A DNA stretch of 64,000 nt from Bacillota bacterium (GTDB lineage Bacteria > Bacillota > Dethiobacteria > DTU022). Made by a program: the position numbers and the translations under genes. Positions 48,665 through 58,779 of the stretch are shown here, in pieces (position 1 is the first letter of the stretch; each line of letters starts with the position of its first letter). The notes below the pieces were generated by a model. The model was not told where the DNA came from and searched no databases. It was given only the letters and a program-made list of their open reading frames with translations. Location of the stretch: assembly GCA_034189085.1 (NCBI GenBank), contig JAXHVH010000005.1:2180-66179 (forward strand), written 5' to 3'.

Positions 48665-49415
48665 CCTGCCCGCTCCCCTGTTCCTGCTATGCCTCATCGC
48701 TGCATGGGAAGTGATTACTGCAACCCTGTCCATACCGGAATACATTTTGCCCTCCCCCTCAGCCATAGCCGCCGCGCTGAATGAAAATTTTGCTCTCCTG
48801 GTTGAACATTCCCGCGTCACCATGGTGGCTGTCCTGGGAGGACTTATTCTGGCCATAGCCGTAGCCTTGATTCTTGCCCTGGCCATGGACCGCTGGCGGC
48901 TCCTGAAACGAGCTTTCTATCCTATCCTGGTGATCTCGCAGGCCGTGCCGATTTTTGCTCTCGCGCCCATTTTGCTGATCTGGTTCGGAGCAGGGCTTCT
49001 GCCCAAGGTACTCATCGTCACCCTGGTCTGCTTTTTCCCTCTCGCCGTCAACCTGGTTGAGGGCTTCAGCCAGGTTAATCCTGAAACAGTTGATTTAATG
49101 CGCACTATGCAGGCCGATCGCTGGCTGATCATGCGCTCAGTCCAGTTTCCTTCAGCAATGCCCTACTTTTTCACCGGGCTCAAAATCGCCGCTACTTACA
49201 GTGTCATGGGGGCAATCATCGGCGAGTGGCTGGCAGCCAGAGCCGGCCTGGGGATATACATGCTGCGGGCAATGCATTCTTTTCGAACCAGCCATCTTTT
49301 CGCCGCAATCATTGTGGTGGTCTTTCTGAGTTTAGCCCTCTTCAAACTGGTTGAAGCAGGTGGATGGCTGGCCATGCCCTGGCAAAGAAAGGTAACAGAA
49401 AACTTGAAGGAGTGA
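48636..49415 (+). CDS. ABC permease (ThiX/SsuC-like)
   Basis: ILPSP, SQAVP and GAIIGEW motifs; six TM helices. Confidence 0.9.
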   Translation: MKKWLNIKNNLPAPLFLLCLIAAWEVITATLSIPEYILPSPSAIAAALNENFALLVEHSRVTMVAVLGGLILAIAVALILALAMDRWRLLKRAFYPILVISQAVPIFALAPILLIWFGAGLLPKVLIVTLVCFFPLAVNLVEGFSQVNPETVDLMRTMQADRWLIMRSVQFPSAMPYFFTGLKIAATYSVMGAIIGEWLAARAGLGIYMLRAMHSFRTSHLFAAIIVVVFLSLALFKLVEAGGWLAMPWQRKVTENLKE

Positions 49416-49420
49416 TTTCT

Positions 49421-50416
49421 ATGCGCAGTCATAAAAGAAAACCATTTTTGATTACCCTGTACCTGACATTTATTTTGATAATAATTACCCTGGCGGCAGG
49501 CTGTACCGGCAATGAAGCGGCAGAACCGGACCAGGTCACAGTAATCCTCGACTGGACCCCGAATACCAACCACAGCGGCCTTTTTGCCGCTATCGATAAA
49601 GGTTATTTCGAGGAAGAAAACCTGGAGGTGGAAATTATACAGGCCCCGGGCAGTGTCGTCCAGATGGTGGCTGCCGGCCAGGCTGAATTCGGGGTCAGCT
49701 ACCAGGAGGAAATTACCTATGCCCGCCTCAGCGGAATGCCGGTAGTATCGATAGCAGCTGTCATTCAACACAATACTTCAGGTTTTGCCTCCCTCAAAGA
49801 ACGGGGCATTGAAACACCGGCCGATTTTGAAGGAAAGAGCTACGGTGGTTGGGGTTCGCCGGTTGAAGAAGCAACTATCAAGGCCCTGATGGAACGCTAT
49901 GATGCTGATTTTGAAAAAGTGGATATTATTACTACTGGAGAAGTTGATTCGCTGATCGTTATCGAACGAGAAGCAGATTTTGCCTGGATCTATTATGGCT
50001 GGACCGGGATCGAAGCCGAATTGAAAGGAATGGAACTTAACTTCATCGAGCTGGGGAAAGAAGATCCGGCTCTGGATTACTACACACCTACCCTGATAAC
50101 GAGTGAAGCGCTGATAAGTGAAAATCCAGATTTGATCAATCGTTTCATGAGAGCGGTGGGCAGGGGGTATCGCCTGGCCATCGAAAATCCGGCTGAAGCG
50201 GTCGAAATTCTCCTCAACCAAGCTCCCGAACTCGATGAAGATCTGGCCAAAGCCAGCCAGGAATGGCTGAGTGAGCGTTACCAGGCAGATGCCGAAACGT
50301 GGGGGTTGCAGAAAAAAGAAACCTGGGAAGCCTACAGCCGCTGGCTTTATAAAAATGGTTTGATCGAAGAGATGCCGGATGCTGAAAAATGCTTCACCAA
50401 CGAGTTTGTCCAATGA
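49421..50416 (+). CDS. ABC substrate-binding lipoprotein (ThiY/NMT1-THI5 family)
   Basis: Lipobox LAAGC; LDWTPNTNH, SYQEE and DYYTP motifs. Confidence 0.9.
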   Translation: MRSHKRKPFLITLYLTFILIIITLAAGCTGNEAAEPDQVTVILDWTPNTNHSGLFAAIDKGYFEEENLEVEIIQAPGSVVQMVAAGQAEFGVSYQEEITYARLSGMPVVSIAAVIQHNTSGFASLKERGIETPADFEGKSYGGWGSPVEEATIKALMERYDADFEKVDIITTGEVDSLIVIEREADFAWIYYGWTGIEAELKGMELNFIELGKEDPALDYYTPTLITSEALISENPDLINRFMRAVGRGYRLAIENPAEAVEILLNQAPELDEDLAKASQEWLSERYQADAETWGLQKKETWEAYSRWLYKNGLIEEMPDAEKCFTNEFVQ

Positions 50417-51195
50417 GCAGAGACCTGAAGCTGAAACTGCATGGTATATCAGCAACTTACTCAACGGGAGAAGAAAAACTGCCGGTGCTGGACAATGTTT
50501 CCCTGGCAGTGGCCACGGGAGAATTTGTTTCCGTCATTGGGCCAAGCGGGTCGGGGAAAAGCACCCTGTTGAAGATTGCCGCCGGGCTGTTGAAACCTGA
50601 ACAAGGAAAGATTCTTATCGACGGGCGCGACGTGACCGGGCTCCCTCGCCTGGTCGGTTATATGCCCCAGCAGGATTTGCTTTTCCCCTGGAAAACGCTG
50701 CGCCAGAATGCCGCCCTGCCTCTGGTTGCTGCGCGATTAGAAAAAAAGGAGATTGAAGAACGGATAGAAAAATTACTCCCTATTTTTGGCCTGCAGGGTT
50801 TTGGTGAATATTATCCCGATCAGCTTTCAGGGGGAATGCGTCAGCGGGGAGCCCTGATGCGGACTATGCTGATCGAAAGCGATCTTCTGCTGCTTGATGA
50901 GCCCTTTGCCGCACTTGATGCCCTGACCCGGCAGAACTTGCAGGAGTGGCTGCTCAAAATATGGGACCGCTTTCGCCGGTCGGTGCTTTTTGTTACTCAC
51001 AGTATCGACGAAGCAATTTATCTCTCGGATCGAGTTTACGTCATCACCGAAAGGCCGGGAAAAAACGCCTTTGAACAGATCATTGACATACCACGGCCCC
51101 GAAGCAAATCAGTTATTACCACCCCGCCTTTTTCCCGCTACAAAAAGCTGTTGCTTGAAGCCCTGGCTGATGATGCCGCCGCCGGAACAAAGTGA
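50413..51195 (+). CDS. ABC ATPase (ThiZ-like)
   Basis: GPSGSGKST, LSGGMRQR and LLDEPF motifs. Confidence 0.92.
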   Translation: MSRDLKLKLHGISATYSTGEEKLPVLDNVSLAVATGEFVSVIGPSGSGKSTLLKIAAGLLKPEQGKILIDGRDVTGLPRLVGYMPQQDLLFPWKTLRQNAALPLVAARLEKKEIEERIEKLLPIFGLQGFGEYYPDQLSGGMRQRGALMRTMLIESDLLLLDEPFAALDALTRQNLQEWLLKIWDRFRRSVLFVTHSIDEAIYLSDRVYVITERPGKNAFEQIIDIPRPRSKSVITTPPFSRYKKLLLEALADDAAAGTK

Positions 51196-51247
51196 ACAGT
51201 CAGTTTTGACACAGGGATCGACATGAGGGGATACCTTAATCAGGGAA

Positions 51248-51931
51248 TCATGATACTTTAATCGTCAGCAGCAGACCTGATTTAATTTTCACCCTGGCCC
51301 GGGATTGGGTCAGTTCATTGCTCAGGCCCCGGGTGGAAGAAAAAAAGAGGCTTTCATCTTTCAGGGGAAATTTCAAGCCGGTGGTCTCTATAACGACGGT
51401 TTTGTCCGTCAGGGAAAAAAGCGACAGATAATCACCTTTCTTCCCTTTAAAAATTGCTTCATCGCCAATCATTCTTATTTCATGCTTTTCATCTACGATT
51501 CGCGCCGGTATACCCGCGCGGTGGGGAATCATAAGTAAAAGGAGGTTGGCAAAAGCATGGTCTACTCTTTTCCCTCCCAGGATACCGATTAGCAAGATTT
51601 CAGCAGGTTTCATATCGACAGCCTGATCAATAGCCAGCTCCAGGTCAGACTTATTTTTAGCCTGCGGATGCTTGATCAGGCGGGGTTTCAGGGAGGCAAT
51701 TCTTTCACTGTCGCCGGGAGCAAGGGAATCAAGATCGCCAATAATCAGGTCCGGGGAAAGGCCCATGGCCAGGGTATGCCCTGTCCCCCCGTTAACACAG
51801 ATCAGGTAATCATCCCCGTGCATTAGGCGGCGATAAAAATCGTGGTTTTTAAAATCGCCGTTGGCAATTATTACTACTTTTTTTAGCGGCATGAGCAATG
51901 TCCTTCCATCTTGGGCAGGATCGCCGCTCAC
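51248..51931 (-). CDS. thiN: Thiamine pyrophosphokinase
   Basis: IIANG, IGDLDS, KNKSDLELA, GGKRVDH and GLSN motifs; start may be 51892. Confidence 0.9.
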   Translation of the reverse strand: MSGDPAQDGRTLLMPLKKVVIIANGDFKNHDFYRRLMHGDDYLICVNGGTGHTLAMGLSPDLIIGDLDSLAPGDSERIASLKPRLIKHPQAKNKSDLELAIDQAVDMKPAEILLIGILGGKRVDHAFANLLLLMIPHRAGIPARIVDEKHEIRMIGDEAIFKGKKGDYLSLFSLTDKTVVIETTGLKFPLKDESLFFSSTRGLSNELTQSRARVKIKSGLLLTIKVS

Positions 51932-53124
51932 TTCTCGAGAGCGGCAAAAAACTTTTTCAACCTGGACATTCCCTCTTTCAGGTTTTCCATCGAACAGGCA
52001 TAAGAAATACGGATATACCCTTCAGCACCTGGGCCGAAATCGATGCCCGGTGTTACGGCAACACCGGTTTCTTCCAGGATGCGCTGGGCCAGGGAAAGTG
52101 AATCGTCGGTATATTTTTTTACATTAGCCAGCATGTAAAATGCACCGTCAGGCAGCCTGGCCGGGGCAATGTCTATCTGCTGCAGTGCCCTGTGAAGGTA
52201 AAGACGTCGTTCATCATAATCGCTGAAACGCTCCGCCAGGACCTCGGGGCTTTCTCTCAAAGCGGCGATGCCGGCGTCCTGAACAAAAGAACAGGCACAG
52301 ATAAATATGTTCTGCTGCAGTTTCTGCATTTCCCGGACCAGGGAAGAGGGAGCAATGAGATAACCGAGGCGCCAGCCAGTCATGATATTGCGCTTGGAAA
52401 AACCGTTCAGGACCACTGCCCGATCTGTAAATTCGAGAATGGAATGATCCCGACCCCTGTAATTGAGCCCGTGGTAAACTTCATCGGACACGATGTAAGG
52501 GCCAAGTTCGGCCAGATCCCGCAGTTCATTTTCATCGAGGACTGCCCCGGTGGGATTGGCAGGAGAATTGATCAGTATGCCCTTGACCCGGGGATCAAGT
52601 TTCTCCCTGACATCATCGGCCAGTAGTTTGAAACCATTTTCTTCCCTCACCCTGACCGGCAACGGCTCAGCCCCGATGAAATTGACAAAATTGGGGTAAC
52701 AGGCATAATAAGGATCGGGCATAATCATTTTGTCGCCTCGCTCAAGCAGGGCCGAAAAAGCAAGCAGCATAGCCGGAGAGGTACCGGAAGTAACGATAAC
52801 CTGGGAAGGATCAATTTCTACTCCGTAGGTATTTTTGTAGTATGAAGAAATTTCTTGTCGCAGGGCCGGTTTCCCCAGGCTGTGAGTATAGGCAGTATCA
52901 TTGCCCCGGACTGCCTCAATAACCGCCTCTTTGATCGCGTATGGGGTATCTCCACCCGGTTCGCCCACCTCCAGGTGAATGATCGAAACACCCTGCGTCT
53001 CCATCTGCTGGGCTTTTTCCAAAATTTCCATGGCTAAAAAGGGCTTCACCAGGCGTACCCGCTCCGGTACGGTGTAATTCGGCAGGGTTGTGTGATCACC
53101 TGTAGCCTTTTTATTATTCCCCAT
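51928..53124 (-). CDS. PLP-dependent class I/II aminotransferase
   Basis: NSPANPTG, SDEVY and GFSKRNIMTGWRLG motifs. Confidence 0.92.
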   Translation of the reverse strand: MGNNKKATGDHTTLPNYTVPERVRLVKPFLAMEILEKAQQMETQGVSIIHLEVGEPGGDTPYAIKEAVIEAVRGNDTAYTHSLGKPALRQEISSYYKNTYGVEIDPSQVIVTSGTSPAMLLAFSALLERGDKMIMPDPYYACYPNFVNFIGAEPLPVRVREENGFKLLADDVREKLDPRVKGILINSPANPTGAVLDENELRDLAELGPYIVSDEVYHGLNYRGRDHSILEFTDRAVVLNGFSKRNIMTGWRLGYLIAPSSLVREMQKLQQNIFICACSFVQDAGIAALRESPEVLAERFSDYDERRLYLHRALQQIDIAPARLPDGAFYMLANVKKYTDDSLSLAQRILEETGVAVTPGIDFGPGAEGYIRISYACSMENLKEGMSRLKKFFAALEK

Positions 53125-53137
53125 TTTTTGACCTCCC

Positions 53138-53566
53138 TCAGCTCCTGATTCTATCTTTTCCGTTTTCACGGATCAATTCTGCACAGTATTCAATAATTTC
53201 TTTCCGCCTGACAATACCAATAAATATATTTTGATCGTCCACCACCGGGACAAAGTTTTGCTCGGTGGCAAGAGATAGAAGTTCTACAATCCTTGAATCG
53301 ATGCGGGCAGGTTTGTTCTTGGCATGCAGAGCAATATCCTTGAGTAAAATCTTTTCCATGCCATTTAAATTGAGATCGGGGTTGTTCTTCAGGGTCCAGA
53401 GCAGATCACCCTCGGTAATAGTCCCGGCGTAACGTCCCTGTTCATCCACCAGGGGAACAGCTGAATAACTGTGCCGCTCCATTCTCTCAAGAGCCTGCCG
53501 CATAGTTGTTCCCGGGGTTAGATAAATCACTTCCTTTTTGGGAATCAAAAAGAATGCAACTTTCAT
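53138..53566 (-). CDS. Tandem CBS protein (YkuL/DarB-like)
   Basis: FFLIPK, YSAVP, GTITEGD and FVPVVDD...FIGIVRRKEII motifs. Confidence 0.82.
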   Translation of the reverse strand: MKVAFFLIPKKEVIYLTPGTTMRQALERMERHSYSAVPLVDEQGRYAGTITEGDLLWTLKNNPDLNLNGMEKILLKDIALHAKNKPARIDSRIVELLSLATEQNFVPVVDDQNIFIGIVRRKEIIEYCAELIRENGKDRIRS

Positions 53567-53572
53567 CGCCAA

Positions 53573-53974
53573 TCAAAACCCTTCTTCTTCAGTATCTATG
53601 ATACCGCCGCCAATAATCCTGAACCCGGCCCGGCGGTAGAAATTGGCCAGTTCCGGTTCAAAAAGAACATTAATGGTTTTAATCCGCATTTCTTTCAGCC
53701 TGTTTATAACTCTTCTCAGGAGTTCCCGGCCGATCCCCCGCCCCTGGTAAGCGGGGCGGACCATGAGGCTGCGTACCAGGGCATCATCGATACCATCGCT
53801 GAGTACATCAACATGACCGACCAGGAGATCCCTGTCAAAACAGGCTGCTACCAAAAAAGAAGAACCGCTGATCCTTTTCATCTGCTCACTGCGGGGATCC
53901 CAGCCCACTGATTCTCTCAAGGAAGCAATCTCAGCAGCCTCGAGCTCCGGATTGTCCACATACCTCAGGGTCAT
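53573..53974 (-). CDS. GNAT N-acetyltransferase
   Basis: VRPAYQGRGIG and FYRRAGF motifs. Confidence 0.9.
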   Translation of the reverse strand: MTLRYVDNPELEAAEIASLRESVGWDPRSEQMKRISGSSFLVAACFDRDLLVGHVDVLSDGIDDALVRSLMVRPAYQGRGIGRELLRRVINRLKEMRIKTINVLFEPELANFYRRAGFRIIGGGIIDTEEEGF

Positions 53975-54037
53975 CGGTTCGCCTCTTTCCCGGACAGATG
54001 TTATTATAACATCACCGGCATAAAATAAAGCCGATCC

Positions 54038-54220
54038 CTATTCTCTGCCACGGTATACCAGGTAAAGATAGACAACTATCCCTCCCACCAGCAAAGTGAG
54101 GACCAGGCTGTAAAAATCAATGTTAAATTCTTCAGATGTGAAGATCAGGTACAAACCAACACCGGCAATGATGACCAGCACAGCATAGAGTAATTTCTTT
54201 TTCAGGCTAATGACAACCAC
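54038..54220 (-). CDS. Small two-TM membrane protein
   Basis: Two hydrophobic helices and a GGAGG RBS; in operon context. Confidence 0.6.
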   Translation of the reverse strand: MVVISLKKKLLYAVLVIIAGVGLYLIFTSEEFNIDFYSLVLTLLVGGIVVYLYLVYRGRE

Positions 54221-54232
54221 CTCCTGTGCCCA

Positions 54233-54982
54233 CTACACGGTTTCAAGCTTCCGCAGCAGATCGGTCATCACGCTGCTGATATTCTCCCGGATTACTACCT
54301 CCGCCTGTTGATCGTAATCTGTGGGCTGACGGTTTATGATAGCCAGCTTTCCGGCCAGCCCCGGCAGATCGGCGACCGGATAAACAACAAGGCTACTGCC
54401 AACCACCAGCATAAAATCGCACTCTTCATCAATTTTCTGTTGCAGATCGAAGAAAAATGGAGGCATGGGATCGCCAAATAGGACAACATCCGGCCTGAGC
54501 ACATTATGACAGCTGGAACAAACAGGAGGAATTCGTTTTAATTCCACCTGGTTTACAAGTTCTTCAAAGGAGTACCTTTTCCCACAGCCCATACAGTAAC
54601 CAGAACGTAGATGACCGTGGACCTCCCATACTTTTCGGGAACCCGCTTTAACATGCAGCCCATCAATATTTTGAGTGACCAGCCCTTTAACAAAGCCAAG
54701 CCGCTCCAGTTCAACGAGGGCATAATGACCAGGATTCGGATCAGCCAGAGATATCCTGGTAAAACGGCTGAATCCAGATTCATAAAACAACCTGGGATTG
54801 CTCTGCAGAACATCCAGTGACGATACAGCAATTGGATCAACTTTTTCCCAGAGCCCGGTCCCCGGAGAACGAAAATCGGGAATGCCGCTGTCGGTGCTGA
54901 TACCCGCTCCGGTCAGCACATAAGAGCGCTCACTTTCTCTGAGCAGCCTGGCCAGGGTCTCGATCTGTTTCCGGTAATTCAT
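54233..54982 (-). CDS. cobB: Sirtuin NAD-dependent protein deacylase
   Basis: GAGISTDSGIPDFR, TQNIDGLH, HG, two CxxC and GSSL motifs. Confidence 0.93.
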   Translation of the reverse strand: MNYRKQIETLARLLRESERSYVLTGAGISTDSGIPDFRSPGTGLWEKVDPIAVSSLDVLQSNPRLFYESGFSRFTRISLADPNPGHYALVELERLGFVKGLVTQNIDGLHVKAGSRKVWEVHGHLRSGYCMGCGKRYSFEELVNQVELKRIPPVCSSCHNVLRPDVVLFGDPMPPFFFDLQQKIDEECDFMLVVGSSLVVYPVADLPGLAGKLAIINRQPTDYDQQAEVVIRENISSVMTDLLRKLETV

Positions 54983-54998
54983 CAGGGGCCCTCCGCTT

Positions 54999-55709
54999 TT
55001 ACTTTTTAATCCCACTGCCCATTGGGCAGCAGAGTGACCGACCGGCACGATCGGTTAGTGAAGGTTTATCCACTTTAATAATATCGTAAAAATCAACCCA
55101 TGGCGAGAATTTAATATCATGTTCACAACAGATCTTAGCCAGCCTGTCCCGGGCACAGATATGATCGCTCCAGAATGCTCCAAAGCGATCGTTGCTTCCA
55201 TCCCCCACGTAGATTACCGGGTAGCCTTCTTCCTTCAACCTTAACACGTGAACAGCCTTGCAATTTCCGCAAACGGGGCAAACCGGGTGGGCATAGGGAG
55301 TCTGAATTGCCAGCAGGCCACCGGCTCCAACCACCGTCCTGTTGGCATAGATCCGGTCAATGCAGTCCAAAAAACCAAATTTTTCGAGGATCGGTTCAAT
55401 ATAAAAACCGAAACCATCACTGGCTATAACCACCGGGCTTCCCTGCTCCCGGGCATGAGTAATAAACTGTTTAAAACCAGGGCGGATTGCCGCCCACTCC
55501 ACTGTTTTGGAAAGCAGCAAGTCCGGATCGGGAGGCAAAAGGCGGGCTATATTGATCAGCCACTCCCGAATGCCTATTTTCCGTTTACGGTACAGTGCTT
55601 CCACTTCCAGATACCTGTCACCGCCGAAAAAAACAGCCAGGGCTGAAGAAAGATCTTTGGTTGTAACCGTCCCATCAAAATCAACCAGGTAAGCGGCACT
55701 ACGCGTCAT
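54999..55709 (-). CDS. MtnX-like HAD-IB phosphatase
   Basis: DFDGTVT, SDG, CGNCK and GDGSND motifs. Confidence 0.85.
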   Translation of the reverse strand: MTRSAAYLVDFDGTVTTKDLSSALAVFFGGDRYLEVEALYRKRKIGIREWLINIARLLPPDPDLLLSKTVEWAAIRPGFKQFITHAREQGSPVVIASDGFGFYIEPILEKFGFLDCIDRIYANRTVVGAGGLLAIQTPYAHPVCPVCGNCKAVHVLRLKEEGYPVIYVGDGSNDRFGAFWSDHICARDRLAKICCEHDIKFSPWVDFYDIIKVDKPSLTDRAGRSLCCPMGSGIKK

Positions 55710-55766
55710 TTTCGCCTCCGGGTATTTAGTTTCACTTTCGCTTCAGACCTTCAAAAACCCGGCCGG

Positions 55767-56441
55767 TTAAATACCGGCCGGGTCATTATCTCGGAAAAGA
55801 TCTCTCAACTGAAGCGGCTTCCTGATCAACAATTGAGCCCCTTCTTTCTGCAACTCAGCGGCCGACCTGAACCCCCAGAGAACCCCCACTGCATAAAAGC
55901 CACCGGCAGCCGCTGTCCGCATATCCGTATTGGTGTCTCCTACATAAACGATTTCTTCCGGTTTAAGATGCATTTGTTCGACAATCTTTAGAGCACCGGT
56001 GGGGTCAGGTTTTCGCGGTATGCCCTCTTCAAGCCCCTGTACGGTAAAAAATTTATACTCAGGGAGAAGAGTCTCCACCGTCTGCCTGGCAAATCTATGT
56101 GGTTTATTGGAAAATATAGCCACAGGAATTTGCCTTTCTTCCAGAAAACCAAGCAGGGGGGGAATACCCGGGTACGGTTTCGTATGTTCAGGCCAGCGCC
56201 TGGCATATTCTTCATTGACCATTTTTACCAGCCCGGCAAAATTGTTTTTTTCCCCTTTTTCCGGAGGGAAGGCTCTTTTGACCAGCATATCTATGCCGTC
56301 CCCGGCAAAATATCGATAGGCTTCAATTTCATGTTCCGGAAAACCAAAGCGTTTTAAAACCGCATTAACCGAAAAAGCCAGATCTTCAAGGGTATTAAGG
56401 AGAGTTCCGTCAAGATCAAAAATTACCGCTTTGTAACGCAA
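55767..56441 (-). CDS. HAD-IA phosphatase (phosphoglycolate phosphatase-like)
   Basis: FDLDGTL, SNK, KPDP and VGDT motifs. Confidence 0.88.
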   Translation of the reverse strand: MRYKAVIFDLDGTLLNTLEDLAFSVNAVLKRFGFPEHEIEAYRYFAGDGIDMLVKRAFPPEKGEKNNFAGLVKMVNEEYARRWPEHTKPYPGIPPLLGFLEERQIPVAIFSNKPHRFARQTVETLLPEYKFFTVQGLEEGIPRKPDPTGALKIVEQMHLKPEEIVYVGDTNTDMRTAAAGGFYAVGVLWGFRSAAELQKEGAQLLIRKPLQLRDLFRDNDPAGI

Positions 56442-56558
56442 AATTGATCCGTCCTTTACATGATTTTAATATCCTCTGATGATCAATTCCCCATTCTGTT
56501 TTGCGATAACTGGTTCTTCCCCGACAGATCAACCGGGAACATTTTTCAAATATCCCTG

Positions 56559-58013
56559 TTAGCCGGTCCTGGTCCAGCGCCCAACCAGCGGTAGAACAGA
56601 TTCCGGATAAAACTGCCTGAAAATCCGGTAATAATAAAGCTCTTCCTTATTTCTGACCGGGACCGGGGCCGCTTCAGACTCGGCAGCATACTCGCTGTCG
56701 CTGATCGCTTTTTCAGCTACAGCTTCCAGCATTCCGGCGGAGCCTGATCCCTGATCAAACTGCTGCTTTTCCCGCCAGGCTATTTTTTCCCCGATCTCTT
56801 TTGCAAAAGCCCGCCGGAGAATCCACTTGTCAACCGGTTCTTCTTTCTCTTCGCGCAGCTTCCAATCAAGGGGGAACTCCCGTACCAGCTCTAACAAAGC
56901 CAGTTTCAGGAAAGGAACCCGGCATTCCAGACCATGCGCGGCGTTCATCCGGTCCACCCTCTGCAGGCCGGTCCGGCTTAACTCCCGGAAAAAGCCTTCA
57001 ATTTCAGAGGCAATCTCTTCTTCAGAATCAAGAGATTTCAGATAGCTATATCCGGCAAACATTTCATCCGAACCTTCACCAGTGAGCATGACCCGACGCC
57101 CGTCGGCAGCAGCCTCGCGGGCAGCTATAAAATTGGGGATTGATGACCGCACATAGGCAGAGTCAAAAGATTCCAGGTGGTAAATAACATCCGGCAGTAC
57201 TTTCAGCATTTCATCAAGGCCGTAAGTATAAACATGTTGTTCCGAACCGATCCGGTCGGCAACCATGGCCGCATATTCAATATCGCGGCTTCCCTTGACT
57301 CCCACCGTATAAGTGGAAATTGGCTCGTCGGATAATTCGGCTGCCAGAGCCGCAACCACCGAACTGTCCAGCCCGCCGCTCAGATAGACGCCAAGGCCTT
57401 TAACCCCGCTGATTCTTTCCTCAACAGCAAGAGCCAGCAGATGACGCATTTTTTCTTCGGCTTCCGCCAGGGACAGTTTGCTTTTTCCTTCAACAGGAGG
57501 CAGGTGATAGTACTTCACCCAGCCCTTTTTCCTGTCATAGTAACATCCGGGAGGAACCTCTTTGATTGGGCTGTCCAGATCAATCAGGGCTTTAATTTCC
57601 GAGGCAATATAAAGTGTATCGTCTTTTTTAGCATAATAAAGGGGCTTCACTCCCAGGGGATCTCTTGCCACCAGGCAGCTTCCATTACCATCGGAGAAGG
57701 TAAGAGCAAATTCTCCTTCGAGGTTGTCAAAACAGGAAAGCCCTTCATTTTTTAATATTTTACAGAAATGCTCCAGGCCTTCTGTACCCTGAATGGTTTT
57801 TCCTTCCTCGCCAGGGAACATCAAGTAACCGTCTACAGCCAGCGGCAATCCGTTGTCCTCCTCTTTTTGATTACCGCTCAGAAAAGTCATGGAGCAATTT
57901 TCTTCATCAATTTCACAGTCGCAACGTTTTCCTCTGAATTTCACCTTTTCTATAAGCGGATCCAGATCTTCACTACTTTCACTCTCGCCAAATATAGCGA
58001 TTAAGCCTGACAT
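56559..58013 (-). CDS. Asparagine synthetase-related amide ligase lacking the N-terminal catalytic Cys
   Basis: Starts MSGLIAI instead of MCGI; ARDPLGVKPLY, SGGLDSS, GEGSDEMFAGY and RVPFL motifs present. Confidence 0.82.
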   Translation of the reverse strand: MSGLIAIFGESESSEDLDPLIEKVKFRGKRCDCEIDEENCSMTFLSGNQKEEDNGLPLAVDGYLMFPGEEGKTIQGTEGLEHFCKILKNEGLSCFDNLEGEFALTFSDGNGSCLVARDPLGVKPLYYAKKDDTLYIASEIKALIDLDSPIKEVPPGCYYDRKKGWVKYYHLPPVEGKSKLSLAEAEEKMRHLLALAVEERISGVKGLGVYLSGGLDSSVVAALAAELSDEPISTYTVGVKGSRDIEYAAMVADRIGSEQHVYTYGLDEMLKVLPDVIYHLESFDSAYVRSSIPNFIAAREAAADGRRVMLTGEGSDEMFAGYSYLKSLDSEEEIASEIEGFFRELSRTGLQRVDRMNAAHGLECRVPFLKLALLELVREFPLDWKLREEKEEPVDKWILRRAFAKEIGEKIAWREKQQFDQGSGSAGMLEAVAEKAISDSEYAAESEAAPVPVRNKEELYYYRIFRQFYPESVLPLVGRWTRTG

Positions 58014-58122
58014 TAATATCAACTCCGGTAAATTATTAGTCTTCTACACATGTAGAAAACCTAATACTAGTATAACATAATTGGTGGGAATTGTAAAAAA
58101 ACGGCCAGAGCGGCCCGCTTCA

Positions 58123-58779
58123 TCAGGCTTTTTTGTCTTTTTTATAATAAAAAGCGCCTACCGGGCAAGCCTCGACACAGAGCTTGCACTGGGTGCAAAT
58201 CGATTCGGCCAGAACAACATCTTCGAAAGTGGTTATGGCACTGCTGATCCCGCGATTGGCAAAACCAATCGCTCCTACACCCGCTTCTTCCCGATCTGCC
58301 CAGATACAGCGACCGCAAAGCACACAACGGCTGGGGTCAAAAGCAAATTCATCGGGACTGTCATCAACAGTATAATCTCTCTCGATTGTTTTAAAACGCT
58401 TTTGCCTCAGTTTGAGTTTCCTTTCCCTGGCAATTTTCTGCAGTTCGCAATTTCCATTGGCAGGACACTCCCGGCAGTTAAGATTATGATCGGACAGGAG
58501 CAGCTCAAAAGCTGTTTTTACCAGTCTATCGATCCTGGGGCTCCTGGTCCTGACGACCATGTCCTCTTTCACCACCTGGGTACAGGAAGTGACAGGACGA
58601 TCCATCCCTTCTATTTTCACAAAACAAAGCCGACAGCTGGCATTGGGCCGTTCTTTCTCCCTGACCGCGCAAAGATGGGGAATGTAAATGTCATTATCCA
58701 GGGCGACCCAGAGCAACTTTTCACCGGCCCGGGCCTTGATCTTCCGGTCATCGATGGTTATGTTGACGTAATCGCTCAT
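58123..58779 (-). CDS. HoxU/NuoG-N-like Fe-S subunit (2Fe-2S, His-ligated 4Fe-4S, 2x4Fe-4S)
   Basis: IPHLC..CRLC..TSC, HNLNCREC, CVLCGRC and CTQCKLCVEACP; no catalytic domain. Confidence 0.88.
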   Translation of the reverse strand: MSDYVNITIDDRKIKARAGEKLLWVALDNDIYIPHLCAVREKERPNASCRLCFVKIEGMDRPVTSCTQVVKEDMVVRTRSPRIDRLVKTAFELLLSDHNLNCRECPANGNCELQKIARERKLKLRQKRFKTIERDYTVDDSPDEFAFDPSRCVLCGRCIWADREEAGVGAIGFANRGISSAITTFEDVVLAESICTQCKLCVEACPVGAFYYKKDKKA

